DNA of 64,000 nt from Deltaproteobacteria bacterium (lineage in GTDB: Bacteria > Bdellovibrionota > UBA1018 > UBA923), in NCBI GenBank assembly GCA_016186905.1, contig JACPKS010000001.1, positions 2,804 through 66,803 on the forward strand, written 5' to 3'. The translations under genes and the position numbers were made by a program. This document shows, piece by piece, positions 31,549 to 41,909 of the stretch; the stretch's first letter is position 1, and the number at the start of each line of letters is the position of its first letter. The notes below the pieces were generated by a model. It worked only from the letters and a program-made list of their open reading frames with translations, did no database searches and was not told the origin of the DNA.

Positions 31549-31977
31549 CTAAAGCCTTCCCAGAAACTCCGTAGGCGACACCACCGCGCAGCGGCCGACC
31601 AGCGCCAGAGAGCGGAGCGCCTTATCTCCGGTTACAAGAAAATCGGCTCTCGAATAAACAGCCAGGTCGAGAAGAAAATGGTCATCAACGTCTTTAAATT
31701 CCCAGGGCAGTCGCGGCGGATCGAAGACACGGGTCAGCTTCTTGAAGGCGAGAAAAAACCTTAAGACCTCGCGCGCGGTACCCTTGGGAAGGGCCCGGCC
31801 GAGAGACGGCCGGCTTAGAACGGACCGAATTTCCCGGAGCTGCGCCTTGCTCGTGACGATCTCAAATGAGCCTTGGCGGAAACGTAAAAGAAGCGCACCG
31901 GGAGCGCCTTTGGCCGAGATCAGACCACTGACAAAGACATTCGTATCAAGAACGACGACGTGCTTTCTTGGCACCAC
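31549..31977 (-). CDS. PIN-domain toxin (VapC-like)
   Basis: VVLDTNVFVSG...E...DVDDH...LVTGDK. Confidence 0.88.
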   Translation of the reverse strand: MVPRKHVVVLDTNVFVSGLISAKGAPGALLLRFRQGSFEIVTSKAQLREIRSVLSRPSLGRALPKGTAREVLRFFLAFKKLTRVFDPPRLPWEFKDVDDHFLLDLAVYSRADFLVTGDKALRSLALVGRCAVVSPTEFLGRL

Positions 31978-32218
31978 GAACCTCTTTGACGGCTTTACCG
32001 ACCACGGACTGGATCTTTTCCTCTTCTAGCGCCTCGGACTTAGCCCAGATGCGATCAAGCGAATCCCAGAGGAGCTGCTCGTCTTTTGAGGATGGCTTAC
32101 AGGCTGTTTGGATGGATATGCGGATCGCCTCCGCGACCGTAACATCCTGAATGGCGGCCTTTTTTCTAAGCAGTCGCAGATCATCTTCGGAAAGATAGAC
32201 GGTGGTTTTTTTAAGCAT
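31946..32218 (-). CDS. RHH/CopG-type antitoxin
   Basis: KKTTVYL...AEAIR; overlaps the PIN gene; GGAGG RBS. Confidence 0.8.
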   Translation of the reverse strand: MLKKTTVYLSEDDLRLLRKKAAIQDVTVAEAIRISIQTACKPSSKDEQLLWDSLDRIWAKSEALEEEKIQSVVGKAVKEVRGAKKARRRS

Positions 32219-32231
32219 ACTGCCTCCTACA

Positions 32232-32258
32232 CTATATATACCATATATGCCATATATT
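32232..32258. promoter_or_regulatory. putative antitoxin operator (three 9-bp direct repeats)
   Basis: CTATATATA CCATATATG CCATATATT just upstream of the antitoxin RBS. Confidence 0.55.
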
Positions 32259-32342
32259 TGTAAAACTCTTGCTGGCGTCAACGTGGCGGCGGGGGAAGAC
32301 GAGAGAGAATCGAACGCGCAGTGAGCGGCGATCAGCCCGGCG

Positions 32343-33515
32343 TTACTCGATCAGTTTGGCAATTCGCGGTTTATCGTCCAGCCATTCAGTGAATCCCATT
32401 CCCTTCTTACGCTCCGGGCTTCTGGCATATTTCGTAAGCGCCATCAATGTAAGATAGCGTTTGAGCGTGGCTTGAAACTGAGCGGAAGTTCCCTTTTCCA
32501 TTTTCGCGAGCACATCTTTTCGAAGGTCGATCGAGATGTTGTTTTCGTTCGTTGCCGCGTTGATCAACGCGTAGTCTTCACCGGTGAACCTCAGGGCTTT
32601 CGCCATTTCGCCGACTGCCGCGATCTTTCGAATGGCTTCGGCGTCCGTGGAGCCGTCTTTCTCGGGATGAGCGACGGGCGCTTTGTCGATGATCGAGGCC
32701 ATCGTGAGCCCGGTGGTCGTGCGGCCATGACCCAGGTGGCAATGAAAGGTTCTGCTCCGCGCGCCTTTGTTTTCATCGATGATCTTCACGATCGAATTCA
32801 CGTCGGAAATCTGCGGAGCATGCTCGTCGGTGATCGGGATGCGATAAAAGCTCACCTGAAAGCCCTGCGAGACGACGTCCTGAAAGGTTTCGTTCGTGGT
32901 GCGCAGGTTTTTTTCACCGATCATGATTTCTTCGACGCTGACCGCACCCTCTTTAACTTCCTTCTTAACGGCGATTTTTCCGCCGTTTTTCCGCGAGGCC
33001 TGAATAATCTGCTCCTTCATCGCCCTTTCAAGCTCGTCGAGCTCCTTCGGGGTGATGCCGGTGATGAAAAGATTCTTGTTCTGCTTGTCGAGCTCCCTGA
33101 AACCGTAGCTTTTACCATTGATGAAGAGGACCGGCTCCTCGCGCAGGTCGAAGTAGACCGTTCTATTCTTGCCGCTCTTGCCGGAACCGAGAAATTCGAG
33201 AATATTCTGAATCCCGTTTTTCGAAGGCTGCGAGAATCCCGCGGCCGTGCGGTCTTTCGAGTGGCGGAAATTGAAAACCTCGTCGAGCTTCGCGTAACCC
33301 TTCGCGGCGGTTTTTTCATCGAGCGCATGCATGGGCGGAATTTCGTCGAGCGCGAGAATCGTTTTAGCTCCTTTTGTTATCGATTCCTTGCTGTAAAGTT
33401 TCACGGAACGCGGGAGTTTATTGATGTGAAAAAGCGTGGGCTCGGTATCAGCGAACGCAGCCGAGACAGAAACGAAAAATAAGAAAAGATATTTTCGACA
33501 TTGGGCAAAGTTCAT
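32343..33515 (-). CDS. secreted PTP-like phytase / paladin-like phosphatase
   Basis: Signal peptide; NFR, SQPS, DLREEP.LFING, RIPITDEHAP; P-loop HCHLGHGRTT (CX5R). Confidence 0.82.
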   Translation of the reverse strand: MNFAQCRKYLFLFFVSVSAAFADTEPTLFHINKLPRSVKLYSKESITKGAKTILALDEIPPMHALDEKTAAKGYAKLDEVFNFRHSKDRTAAGFSQPSKNGIQNILEFLGSGKSGKNRTVYFDLREEPVLFINGKSYGFRELDKQNKNLFITGITPKELDELERAMKEQIIQASRKNGGKIAVKKEVKEGAVSVEEIMIGEKNLRTTNETFQDVVSQGFQVSFYRIPITDEHAPQISDVNSIVKIIDENKGARSRTFHCHLGHGRTTTGLTMASIIDKAPVAHPEKDGSTDAEAIRKIAAVGEMAKALRFTGEDYALINAATNENNISIDLRKDVLAKMEKGTSAQFQATLKRYLTLMALTKYARSPERKKGMGFTEWLDDKPRIAKLIE

Positions 33516-33819
33516 ATTGGTTCCCTTAGATCCTCTTCCATATGGCCGCAGGCAGTTTAGATTTTCGTTGATCTCGAAGCATGGTTTCTCTTTACGCCCG
33601 GTCTTTTCAGTGGATTTCAGAAATTTCAGCTTTTTCGATTATACGTCGTCAGGTTCTCGCTCGCTCAATACAGCGTACTTCAATGTACGCCTCTTCCTTC
33701 GCTCGCTCAAATCTTTCTCGTCTAATCGAAAAATCGACTTCGTGGCGGCGGGGGAAGCGCGAAAATTTGGGTCCTTCATTCGTGACGCTTCCCTCGCGCC
33801 TGGAAGAGGAGGCCGACTC

Positions 33820-33872
33820 ATGTGCAAATAATGTCAATATGCTCGGTTTCAAACAAAATGACAGTTGCACAT
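33820..33872. repeat. nested palindrome element, copy C
   Basis: ATGTGCAAATAATGTCA...TGACAGTTGCACAT; flanks align with those of copy B. Confidence 0.7.
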
Positions 33873-34079
33873 AGGGCGCCGAGCCCAGTCTGAAACCGCT
33901 CGCAAGTTTACCCGCTTTCGCGAGCGACAGTTTGGCGGATTCTTGCTTAGGTCCGAGTGCCGCCACGCTCATCTCGATAAGTTGTCGGCAAAAAACGTTG
34001 CCGGGCCCGACGTTGCCGGCACGACATATAGGTTTTTGGGAGATGGGTGGCAGAATCAGGCTGCCTTGCGGATGGAGCG

Positions 34080-36749
34080 CTAGCGCGATTTCCTGAGTTT
34101 CGCCGCGCAGGATGCCGTCCCGTTGGAACGCTTTTTCAGCCTCTTTGCAGCGGCGGGGTCGAACGCGGCGAACTTTCGATACGCCCAGGCGCCTCTGCGT
34201 TTAATGTCATCCCGCACGATGGCCTCAAATTCGAAACTATTGCGCCAGTGGCCCGGAAGAAGTTGGAGCGACCAAGCTTGAAGGTCTTCCGGCGTAAAAT
34301 CCCCCGCATGCAGATCAAACGGCAGCACCCTTGACCACATCTGCTTGAGAATTTTCGACGAAACGCCGAGCCGAAGGGAGGCGGGAGAGGAAAGCAGCCC
34401 CTTCATCACGCGCTTAGCATCCCAGTCGTCGAAGGCGCGGAGGATGAACCAATCCTCCAGAACCGCCTCGATTTTTTTATCTGGAAGATCGCCGTGCTCA
34501 AGCAGACGGGTCGCGAGCGAGATGCTGGCGGCGCTGTCCTGAGACTTGGCGCGAAGAAACTCCAGGCACGCGTCTTTGCCGTTTTTAAGGCACGCCTCGC
34601 GGATTCTGCCGACATAATCGAAGCCAGGAACGTCCAAGAGAAAATCCATCTGATCATAAACGTCGTATTTCCCGGCATGACGATAGAGACGCTCCAGAAA
34701 ATCCGGCGGAACCGTTGGGCCAGACCCGTATTTTCTTTCGAAATTCTCGGCGAGCTCAGATCGCTCATAGGCTCCTTTATTCACGTCGTACTTATTGTCA
34801 TAGCAATACTCCAGAAGCCCGAGCAGGCCTTCGGGGTCTTTGAACAGTGAGATGAAGGCCGGATCCATTTTTTTCGCAAATACGAGCGGCATCAGTTTTT
34901 TTTCGCGCGCAAGAAGGGCGTTCACGTCCGCGGCCGTGTAATTTTCAAACAAGCCGGCCGTCTTGAGTTTATTTAGCCAACGAATCGTGTTTGTGCCTTT
35001 AAGACGCTCCAACGACGCGACGACATGGCGCTCAACTTCGGCTTTGAGCGCGGGCTTCCTTTCAAAAAGCGCGGGTTTGAGGTTTCGGTGCGACGAGAAA
35101 AGAAATTCGGCCAAGTCGGGGTTCGGACGCGTGGCCGCTTCATCCAGAATCGCGCCAAGATCGTTGATGACGCCCAAAATCGCGGCGTACTCGGCCTTCG
35201 TCCGAGGAAAAAGCCCGGCCTCGTTCACCAGGGCCTTGAAGTCCTCGTAGGTTCGAACGTGAGCCGCCCCCTCGAGGATCTCGGAAAACGGTTTAAGCGC
35301 GCGCGCATAGCCCTCCGCACTTTCGATCGCACCGCTGTTTTTGAGCACGAACGCTTCGATGGCGCCATATTCGTAGCGAATCAGGTCGGCGCCGAAAGTT
35401 TCAGCGAAGGCTTCGAAGTCGTCGTTTCCGAACGCCTGCCACAGTTTTTTCCCCACGCCCTTGGTGACGTCGATCAGGCGCGCATCGGGTTTCAACGTCA
35501 CCATCACCACGCGTTCCTTGGACTTCGCCCACCTCGCGGCGAAACCGAGATTCTTTTGACCTACTCCGTAAAGCCCCTTCCCCGCTGTTCCTCTGCCGGA
35601 TGGAACGATGCCCCGGAGGAGAATGCTTCGAAACGCCTCCTCGCTTTTGGTGCCGTGATAAAGCTTTCGTTCGGGAAGGCGTTTTTCAAGATCCTGGAAG
35701 ACCGACTCGGGGGCGATGCCGTATTTCTCGAAATTCGCGCGAACCGTCCTGTCGTCGTGTTTCTGAACGAAAAGATAATTGTAAAACGGCTCGATCTCCC
35801 TGTAGAGATCCGCCAACTCGTCGACGCCGAAGCGCTGCATGAGCTTGAGCGCAGCGGTGGGATTGGAGTACGAGCGAAAGGCCTTCTGGATGCTCGCGTT
35901 GAACCAGGTTGCGAATCGCTCGCTCTCGAAGAATGGCTTGAGCGCCTTTCCGTCTTTGGCTTGAGCGACCGCGTCGCGTACCGCGCTTTCGGACACCGTG
36001 TCCACGGCGACAGCGACCGGATAATCCACGCCATGGCGCTGGTAATAGTCGACGGCAAGAGCGCGCAGGTAGCGCAGGGCGAGCAGAACGGGATGGTTTT
36101 CCCGGGCCAAGGCGTATTTCGTTTTCCAGAACTCGTCGGCGGGAGCGAAATGCACGGTAAGCTCTCCGGAATAAACTTCGTGCACGCCGTCCGCGAAGCC
36201 TTGGGTGAGTTTGAGGCCGTCCCGCGTAACGCGGACTTTCTCGACGGGAACGTAACCCTGGTGTAGCTCGTTCCATCCCAGCTCGCTCTTCGGGTCGAAA
36301 ATCGAGGGATCGAGAACGTCGAGCTTTCGAATCCCGAAATCACCGGGCTTCACACTGAGTTCTTTCCGTTTTGTCACCACGTCGACGTCGGATTCTTCCA
36401 GGATGAACTCGCGTACGTCGATCGCGCCCATGGCGCGAAGCTTTCGAAGCACTTTTTCGGCCGCTTCCCTGCTCTCGACCCCGCGGAACTGACGGAGCAC
36501 CCAATAGAGATAGTCGCGGGAGGTGCCGCCGTAGAATTCGGCGTTCGGGTCGAGGGCCCAGATTTCGGAAAACAAGTTCACTTTTGGCGCGAGCTCCACG
36601 GCCAGGGCACGGAATTCGCCTTCCGAAACGGGAAGCGCGCGTTTTGGATTTGTTTGCGAGCGCGCCGGAACCGCCGACAGCGCGGCCAGCGCCAGGGCAA
36701 AAACTGCCGTACGAAAGACGTTCCTATATCCGCGGACAAGGCTTCTCAT
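34080..36749 (-). CDS. large secreted protein with nucleotidyltransferase-like and ADP-ribosyltransferase-like domains
   Basis: Signal peptide; GGTSRD...SDVD...LRYLRA; LYHGT...GKGLY...IEAFV. Confidence 0.6.
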   Translation of the reverse strand: MRSLVRGYRNVFRTAVFALALAALSAVPARSQTNPKRALPVSEGEFRALAVELAPKVNLFSEIWALDPNAEFYGGTSRDYLYWVLRQFRGVESREAAEKVLRKLRAMGAIDVREFILEESDVDVVTKRKELSVKPGDFGIRKLDVLDPSIFDPKSELGWNELHQGYVPVEKVRVTRDGLKLTQGFADGVHEVYSGELTVHFAPADEFWKTKYALARENHPVLLALRYLRALAVDYYQRHGVDYPVAVAVDTVSESAVRDAVAQAKDGKALKPFFESERFATWFNASIQKAFRSYSNPTAALKLMQRFGVDELADLYREIEPFYNYLFVQKHDDRTVRANFEKYGIAPESVFQDLEKRLPERKLYHGTKSEEAFRSILLRGIVPSGRGTAGKGLYGVGQKNLGFAARWAKSKERVVMVTLKPDARLIDVTKGVGKKLWQAFGNDDFEAFAETFGADLIRYEYGAIEAFVLKNSGAIESAEGYARALKPFSEILEGAAHVRTYEDFKALVNEAGLFPRTKAEYAAILGVINDLGAILDEAATRPNPDLAEFLFSSHRNLKPALFERKPALKAEVERHVVASLERLKGTNTIRWLNKLKTAGLFENYTAADVNALLAREKKLMPLVFAKKMDPAFISLFKDPEGLLGLLEYCYDNKYDVNKGAYERSELAENFERKYGSGPTVPPDFLERLYRHAGKYDVYDQMDFLLDVPGFDYVGRIREACLKNGKDACLEFLRAKSQDSAASISLATRLLEHGDLPDKKIEAVLEDWFILRAFDDWDAKRVMKGLLSSPASLRLGVSSKILKQMWSRVLPFDLHAGDFTPEDLQAWSLQLLPGHWRNSFEFEAIVRDDIKRRGAWAYRKFAAFDPAAAKRLKKRSNGTASCAAKLRKSR

Positions 36750-36932
36750 CTTGTTTCCTGATCGGAAAACCCTCGGCTTTTCCTTAATAATTAACACTGG
36801 ATGAACGCTGGATGATCGATTCGGTTTCGGGCAGGCTTCGACCTCGATCGTACGTGTCGTCCTCTGGCTTGGCGGCAAGATAAAACGCGGCAGGGTGTTC
36901 GCCTGCTTTCCCCGCTTTCACTTGATTTCTCT

Positions 36933-37928
36933 TTACGGGTTTTGTTTTCGTCGCCGCGAAAACGCGGCAAGCGGGTGGCGCGATTCCCATATGGCGCGCT
37001 TGAGCTTCGAGAGCACTCGGTTTGGATTTTTTCCGAGGCCCGCGACGCCGTAAAGGATTGCCGCCTTCGCCATGAGCCCCGCCCCTCCCGCGCCATCCGT
37101 GAGAACACGCAGCGTCTCGCGCCGGGTTCCGGCGAGATCGAGCGCGTTGTAAAGCTCGGCAGCATGGTCGTAACGGCTCTTCGCGAGAGCCGCGAGCAGC
37201 GCGCGCTCGTGTCCGGCATACCGCGCGTCGGCAGCCATCCGCTCGCGGAGCGTGACAAGCTCGGCCTTGGCTTGAACGGCGAGCTTTGTGCCGAGGTTCG
37301 TCGCGTGGCTTCTCCAGTACGCGACGACCTGAGGGACGTGCGCGAACTTCCAGTCGCGCGCGATCTCGAGCCAGAGTGGGTATTCGCCGCAGGTTTTAAA
37401 CGTCGGATCGAAACGAAATCCACGCTCGACGAGGCTCCGGCGAAACAGCGTCGCGCCGGCGCAGATGAAATTTTCCAGCACGAGCGCGTCGAAAACGTTT
37501 CCCTCCGGCTCGTGACGAATGCCCGACGGAATTTTCCTTCCGCCGGGCTCGAGAACGAGCTCCGCCTTGCCGTACGCGAGCCCCACTTCCTCATTCGCCA
37601 TGCGCGGCACGAGAAGCTCGAGTTTGCGCGGGTGATAAAAATCGTCGGTGTCAAGAAGCGAGATGAATTCGCCCGTGGCCTTTTCGAGTGCGGCGTTTCG
37701 GGTGTTTTCCTGTCCGCGATTGGCGCCACCGGGGTGCGTGAAAACGCGGATGCGATCGGCGTGTCTCTTCGCATAGTCTTGGGCGATCGCGAGGCCCGTG
37801 TCGGTCGAGCCGTCATCCCAGAGGATCAATTCCCAATCGGTGAACGTTTGCTTGAGAACCGACTCGATCGCTTCCGCGACGTATTTCTCATGGTTATAGA
37901 GTGCGGCGATTACGGATACGCGGGGCAT
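36933..37928 (-). CDS. glycosyltransferase family 2
   Basis: VSVI..LYN, DDGSTD, LDTDD motifs. Confidence 0.9.
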   Translation of the reverse strand: MPRVSVIAALYNHEKYVAEAIESVLKQTFTDWELILWDDGSTDTGLAIAQDYAKRHADRIRVFTHPGGANRGQENTRNAALEKATGEFISLLDTDDFYHPRKLELLVPRMANEEVGLAYGKAELVLEPGGRKIPSGIRHEPEGNVFDALVLENFICAGATLFRRSLVERGFRFDPTFKTCGEYPLWLEIARDWKFAHVPQVVAYWRSHATNLGTKLAVQAKAELVTLRERMAADARYAGHERALLAALAKSRYDHAAELYNALDLAGTRRETLRVLTDGAGGAGLMAKAAILYGVAGLGKNPNRVLSKLKRAIWESRHPLAAFSRRRKQNP

Positions 37929-37990
37929 GCGTTTTGTATATCTCGATTTCAAATAGTTCGCAGCCACTTAAGCGCGAAAAGAAGCGAGCG

Positions 37991-38764
37991 CTACCCGGCG
38001 GCGTCGGCTTTTTGCTGGGGGATCGGCGCGAACATCGCCTTGAGGTACTCGCGCTTCATGCGCGCGATCATGTCGATCGAGATTTCTTTGGGGCAGGCCG
38101 ATTCGCACTCGCCGATGTTCGTGCAGTTGCCGAAGCCTTCGAGATCCATTCGCTCGATCATGCGCGTAACGCGGGCCTTGGCTTCGGCCTTCCCCTGCTG
38201 CAAAAGCGCGAGATGCGAGATCTTCGCCGACGTGAAGAGCGAGGCCGACGCATTGGGGCAAGCAGCGACGCACGCGCCGCAGCCGATGCACGCGGCGGCG
38301 TCCATCGCCTTGTCGGAATCGTCTTTCGGGACGAGGATGGCGTTGGCGTCGGCGTGCGAGCCGGTTTTCGCCGAGATGTATCCGCCCGCCTGGATGATGC
38401 GGTCAAAGCTCGCGCGGTCGACGACGAGATCGCGGATCACCGGAAACGCGCGCGAGCGCCACGGCTCGATGACGATCGTGTCGCCGTGCTTGAACGAACG
38501 CATGTGCAGCTGACAGGTCGTGCACCCGCGCTTGGGCCCGTGCGGTTGGCCGTTGATGACGATGCCGCAGGCGCCGCAGATTCCCTCGCGGCAGTCGCTG
38601 TCGAACTCGATCGGACGCTTTCCTTCATTGATCAGCCGCTCGTTCACCACGTCGAGCATCTCGAGAAACGACATGTCCTGAGAAATATTTTCGGCTTTGT
38701 ACGGCATCATACGGCCAGGCTCGCCCGCGTTTTCCTGCCGCCAGACGATCAGGTTGAGATTCAT
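37991..38764 (-). CDS. sdhB: succinate dehydrogenase/fumarate reductase Fe-S subunit
   Basis: [33 protein letters not shown]; alternative start at 38776. Confidence 0.95.
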   Translation of the reverse strand: MNLNLIVWRQENAGEPGRMMPYKAENISQDMSFLEMLDVVNERLINEGKRPIEFDSDCREGICGACGIVINGQPHGPKRGCTTCQLHMRSFKHGDTIVIEPWRSRAFPVIRDLVVDRASFDRIIQAGGYISAKTGSHADANAILVPKDDSDKAMDAAACIGCGACVAACPNASASLFTSAKISHLALLQQGKAEAKARVTRMIERMDLEGFGNCTNIGECESACPKEISIDMIARMKREYLKAMFAPIPQQKADAAG

Positions 38765-38772
38765 TCCCCCGC

Positions 38773-40695
38773 TCATTTGTAACTCCGGGTCGTCGGGTGC
38801 GCGTTCTCGAAATTGAGCTCTTCCTTGTGCAGCACGTGTTCGGCGTTCTCGCCCTTCCACTCCCATGCCGCCACGTAAGAGAAATTCGCGTCGTCGCGCT
38901 TGGCCTCGCCGTCGGGGTGCTGGCTCTCGACGCGAAAATGCCCGCCGCAGGATTCCTTGCGATGGAGCGCGTCCTTGGCCATGAGCTCGCCGAGCTCCAG
39001 AAAATCGGCCACGCGGCCGGCCATCTCGAGCTCCTTGTTGAACTCCTCGCCCGTTCCCGGAATACGGACGTTCCGCCAGAATTCCTCGCGCAACGCCGGA
39101 ATCGTTTTCAACGCGCGCTTCAAGCCCTCTTCGCTGCGGGCCATTCCGACGTATTCCCACATCACGAGGCCTAGCTCGCGAAAAAATTCCGTGACGGTTT
39201 TCTTCCCCTTCTCGCTCACCTTGAGAAGTTTCGCGATGCCTAAACGGACCGCGTCTTCGGCGGCCTTGAACTCGGGCGCATCCGTCGACACCTTCGACGG
39301 TCCGACCGTGCCGAGAAAATTTCCGAGCGTGCTCGGAATCACGAAGTAGCCGTCGGCCAATCCCTGCATCAACGCTGAAGCGCCGAGGCGGTTGGCGCCG
39401 TGATCCGAAAAATTCGCCTCGCCCATCGCGAAGAGGCCGGGCACGGTCGTCATCAGGTTGTAATCCACCCACAGCCCGCCCATCGTGTAATGAACGGCCG
39501 GGTAAATGCGCATCGGAACCTCGTACGGATTTTCACCGGTGATCTGCTCGTACATCTGAAAAAGATTTCCGTACTTTTCGGCGATCGACTTCACGCCGTC
39601 GCGCTTGATCACGTCGCGGAAATCGAGATAAACCGCGCGGCCGGAAGCACCCACGCCGCGCCCCTCGTCGCAGACCTCTTTGTTGTTCCGCGAAGCCACG
39701 TCGCGCGGAACGAGATTCCCGAAACTGGGATATTTACGCTCCAAAAAGTAATCGCGATCGTCTTCCGGAATTTCGTTCGGATGCTTCTTGAGATCTTCCT
39801 TCTTTTTCGGAACCCACACGCGCCCGTCGTTGCGCAGACTCTCGCTCATGAGCGTGAGCTTGCTTTGATGATCGCCCGAAACCGGAATGCACGTCGGATG
39901 GATCTGCACGTAACAGGGGTTTCCGAAAAACGCGCCGCGCTTGTGCGCGCGCCAGATCGCGGTCGCGTTGGAATTCATCGCGTTCGTCGAAAGAAAATAA
40001 ACCCGTCCGTAACCGCCGGTGCAAAGCAGAACCGCGTCACCGGCGTGGCGCTCGATCTTTCCCGTCACGAGATCTCGCGTGATGATGCCGCGGGCGCGGC
40101 CGCCGATCAGAACGACGTCGAGCAGCTCACGACGCGGAAACATTTCAACATGGCCGAGGTCCGCTTGCCGCATGAGCGCGCTGTAGGCGCCCAAGAGAAG
40201 CTGCTGGCCCGTCTGCCCGCGCGCGTAAAACGTGCGCGAAACCTGCGCGCCGCCGAACGACCGGTTGGCGAGCTCGCCGCTGTATTCGCGCGCGAAGGGC
40301 ACGCCCTGAGCCACGCATTGGTCGATGATGTTCACGCTCTCCTGGGCAAGCCGATAGACATTGGCCTCGCGCGCGCGGTAATCGCCGCCCTTGATCGTGT
40401 CGTAGAAAAGGCGCCAGATGCTGTCGCCGTCGTTCGAGTAATTTTTCGCGGCGTTGATTCCGCCTTGCGCGGCGATCGAATGCGCGCGGCGGGCCGAATC
40501 CTGAATGCAGAACGACTTCACGTTGTAACCGAGCTCGGCAAGCGACGCGGCGGCGGATGACCCGGCAAGTCCCGTCCCCACGACGAGCACCGTGTATTTG
40601 CGCTTGTTCGCGGGATTCACGAGCTTCATCTCGCCGCGGTATTTCTCCCACTTCCGCGCCAAAGGTCCTTCCGGGGATTTCGCATCGAGCTTCAT
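38773..40695 (-). CDS. sdhA: succinate dehydrogenase/fumarate reductase flavoprotein
   Basis: [25 protein letters not shown]. Confidence 0.96.
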   Translation of the reverse strand: MKLDAKSPEGPLARKWEKYRGEMKLVNPANKRKYTVLVVGTGLAGSSAAASLAELGYNVKSFCIQDSARRAHSIAAQGGINAAKNYSNDGDSIWRLFYDTIKGGDYRAREANVYRLAQESVNIIDQCVAQGVPFAREYSGELANRSFGGAQVSRTFYARGQTGQQLLLGAYSALMRQADLGHVEMFPRRELLDVVLIGGRARGIITRDLVTGKIERHAGDAVLLCTGGYGRVYFLSTNAMNSNATAIWRAHKRGAFFGNPCYVQIHPTCIPVSGDHQSKLTLMSESLRNDGRVWVPKKKEDLKKHPNEIPEDDRDYFLERKYPSFGNLVPRDVASRNNKEVCDEGRGVGASGRAVYLDFRDVIKRDGVKSIAEKYGNLFQMYEQITGENPYEVPMRIYPAVHYTMGGLWVDYNLMTTVPGLFAMGEANFSDHGANRLGASALMQGLADGYFVIPSTLGNFLGTVGPSKVSTDAPEFKAAEDAVRLGIAKLLKVSEKGKKTVTEFFRELGLVMWEYVGMARSEEGLKRALKTIPALREEFWRNVRIPGTGEEFNKELEMAGRVADFLELGELMAKDALHRKESCGGHFRVESQHPDGEAKRDDANFSYVAAWEWKGENAEHVLHKEELNFENAHPTTRSYK

Positions 40696-41411
40696 TTGTA
40701 AACTCCCAGCACGTCAAAATAAATCCAGAGCGGGATGAAGAGAAATCCCGCGGCAAGCAGCGCGGCGACCGCGACGCCCGTGCAGTAAATCGGCTTGGAG
40801 TACCGCGGATTCGTCGCGCCCAGCGACTGAAACGCGCTCCAGAAGCCATGACGCAAGTGCAAGCCGAGAAAAAGCATTACGCCGACGTAAAGCGCCACGT
40901 TGTGCGGTCTTTGAAAGGTCTCGACGACGAGCCGGTGCAGATCGCGCACGTCCTCGCCTTCAAGTTTCGCGATGTAACCCGCTTCCTCGGACGGGCCGAA
41001 TTTGAGCTGCCAGAGGTGGAAGATCAGAAACGCGAGAAGGATGAGACCCGACACGATCATGTAGCGCGAGGAGACGTTGGCCTTCGTCTCTCCTCCCTTG
41101 CTCTTAAGCCCCCGGGCATACGATTCACCGCGAGCGCGGCGGTTGGCGAACGTCACTTGAATCGCCGTCACGATGTGCAGCAGAAAAACCGCGACGAGCC
41201 CCGCTTCCACGACGTAAAGCAGCAAGCTGAGGTGTTCGAGCTTGGCCGTGTAGGCGTTGAACACGGAGCCTTCCGGCAGATAAAGTGAAAGGTTGCCGGC
41301 AAGATGCATGGTGCAGAAGAGGATCAGGCCGATTCCGCTCGCGGCCATGAGAAATTTGCGTCCTACAGACGACGTGATCGATCGCTTAAGAGGAAGCATG
41401 AGTGCTTCCAA
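40692..41411 (-). CDS. sdhC: succinate dehydrogenase cytochrome b subunit
   Basis: SSVGRK..MA.SG, H..GNL, HL.HG..SAFQSLG; five TM segments. Confidence 0.9.
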   Translation of the reverse strand: MEALMLPLKRSITSSVGRKFLMAASGIGLILFCTMHLAGNLSLYLPEGSVFNAYTAKLEHLSLLLYVVEAGLVAVFLLHIVTAIQVTFANRRARGESYARGLKSKGGETKANVSSRYMIVSGLILLAFLIFHLWQLKFGPSEEAGYIAKLEGEDVRDLHRLVVETFQRPHNVALYVGVMLFLGLHLRHGFWSAFQSLGATNPRYSKPIYCTGVAVAALLAAGFLFIPLWIYFDVLGVYK

Positions 41412-41465
41412 CTATAGCACCGAATCCGCTTGCGTAAACCAGGATTTCCGCCGTGATCATGAGAG

Positions 41466-41909
41466 CTAAGCGGCGCGCGAAAGGTTGTGGACGCTCACGA
41501 GCTGCGCCTCACACCCTTCGGTGTCCCGCACGAGTCCGCGAACGCAGGACGGCGCGCCCTTGGGCGCCGGAGCGACCTCGACGGGCGCGATCAGCCGCGC
41601 ATCGCAGGGAACGGGCACCGCGAACTCATGGAACAGTCCGCCGGCGCGCCCGACGGAAAAGAGAAACATCGTCTCGTCGCCGGGCGCGATTACTTTTGAC
41701 GCGATTCCGAGCGCGCGAGAGAGATCGATGACCGGAAAAATCCGCCCGCCCCACTGAACCACGCCGCTCACGCCGGCGGGAAGCCCACGGTACGCGACAA
41801 ACGGGCACGACCCCGCCGCCGCGGTGAACTCGGTCACGTCGAGCGCGTAGCTTCGTCCGCCGGATTCAAAGCAGAGCATTTTCAGAGTGGGATGGGTCTT
41901 AGCTTTCAT
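41466..41909 (-). CDS. CheW-like domain protein
   Basis: YALDV...LP..VSGVVQWGGRIFPVIDL. Confidence 0.7.
   Translation of the reverse strand: MKAKTHPTLKMLCFESGGRSYALDVTEFTAAAGSCPFVAYRGLPAGVSGVVQWGGRIFPVIDLSRALGIASKVIAPGDETMFLFSVGRAGGLFHEFAVPVPCDARLIAPVEVAPAPKGAPSCVRGLVRDTEGCEAQLVSVHNLSRAA

Noticed and set aside
28822-33827. ORFs 28822-29112 and 33639-33827, both starting MHMSR.PL, as paralogous genes
   Set aside because: Similarity is confined to the shared DNA element and stops after ~17 codons; no RBS seen.
27605-36900. Prophage or integrative element at tRNA-Phe
   Set aside because: No integrase, phage genes or duplicated tRNA 3' end found in the window.
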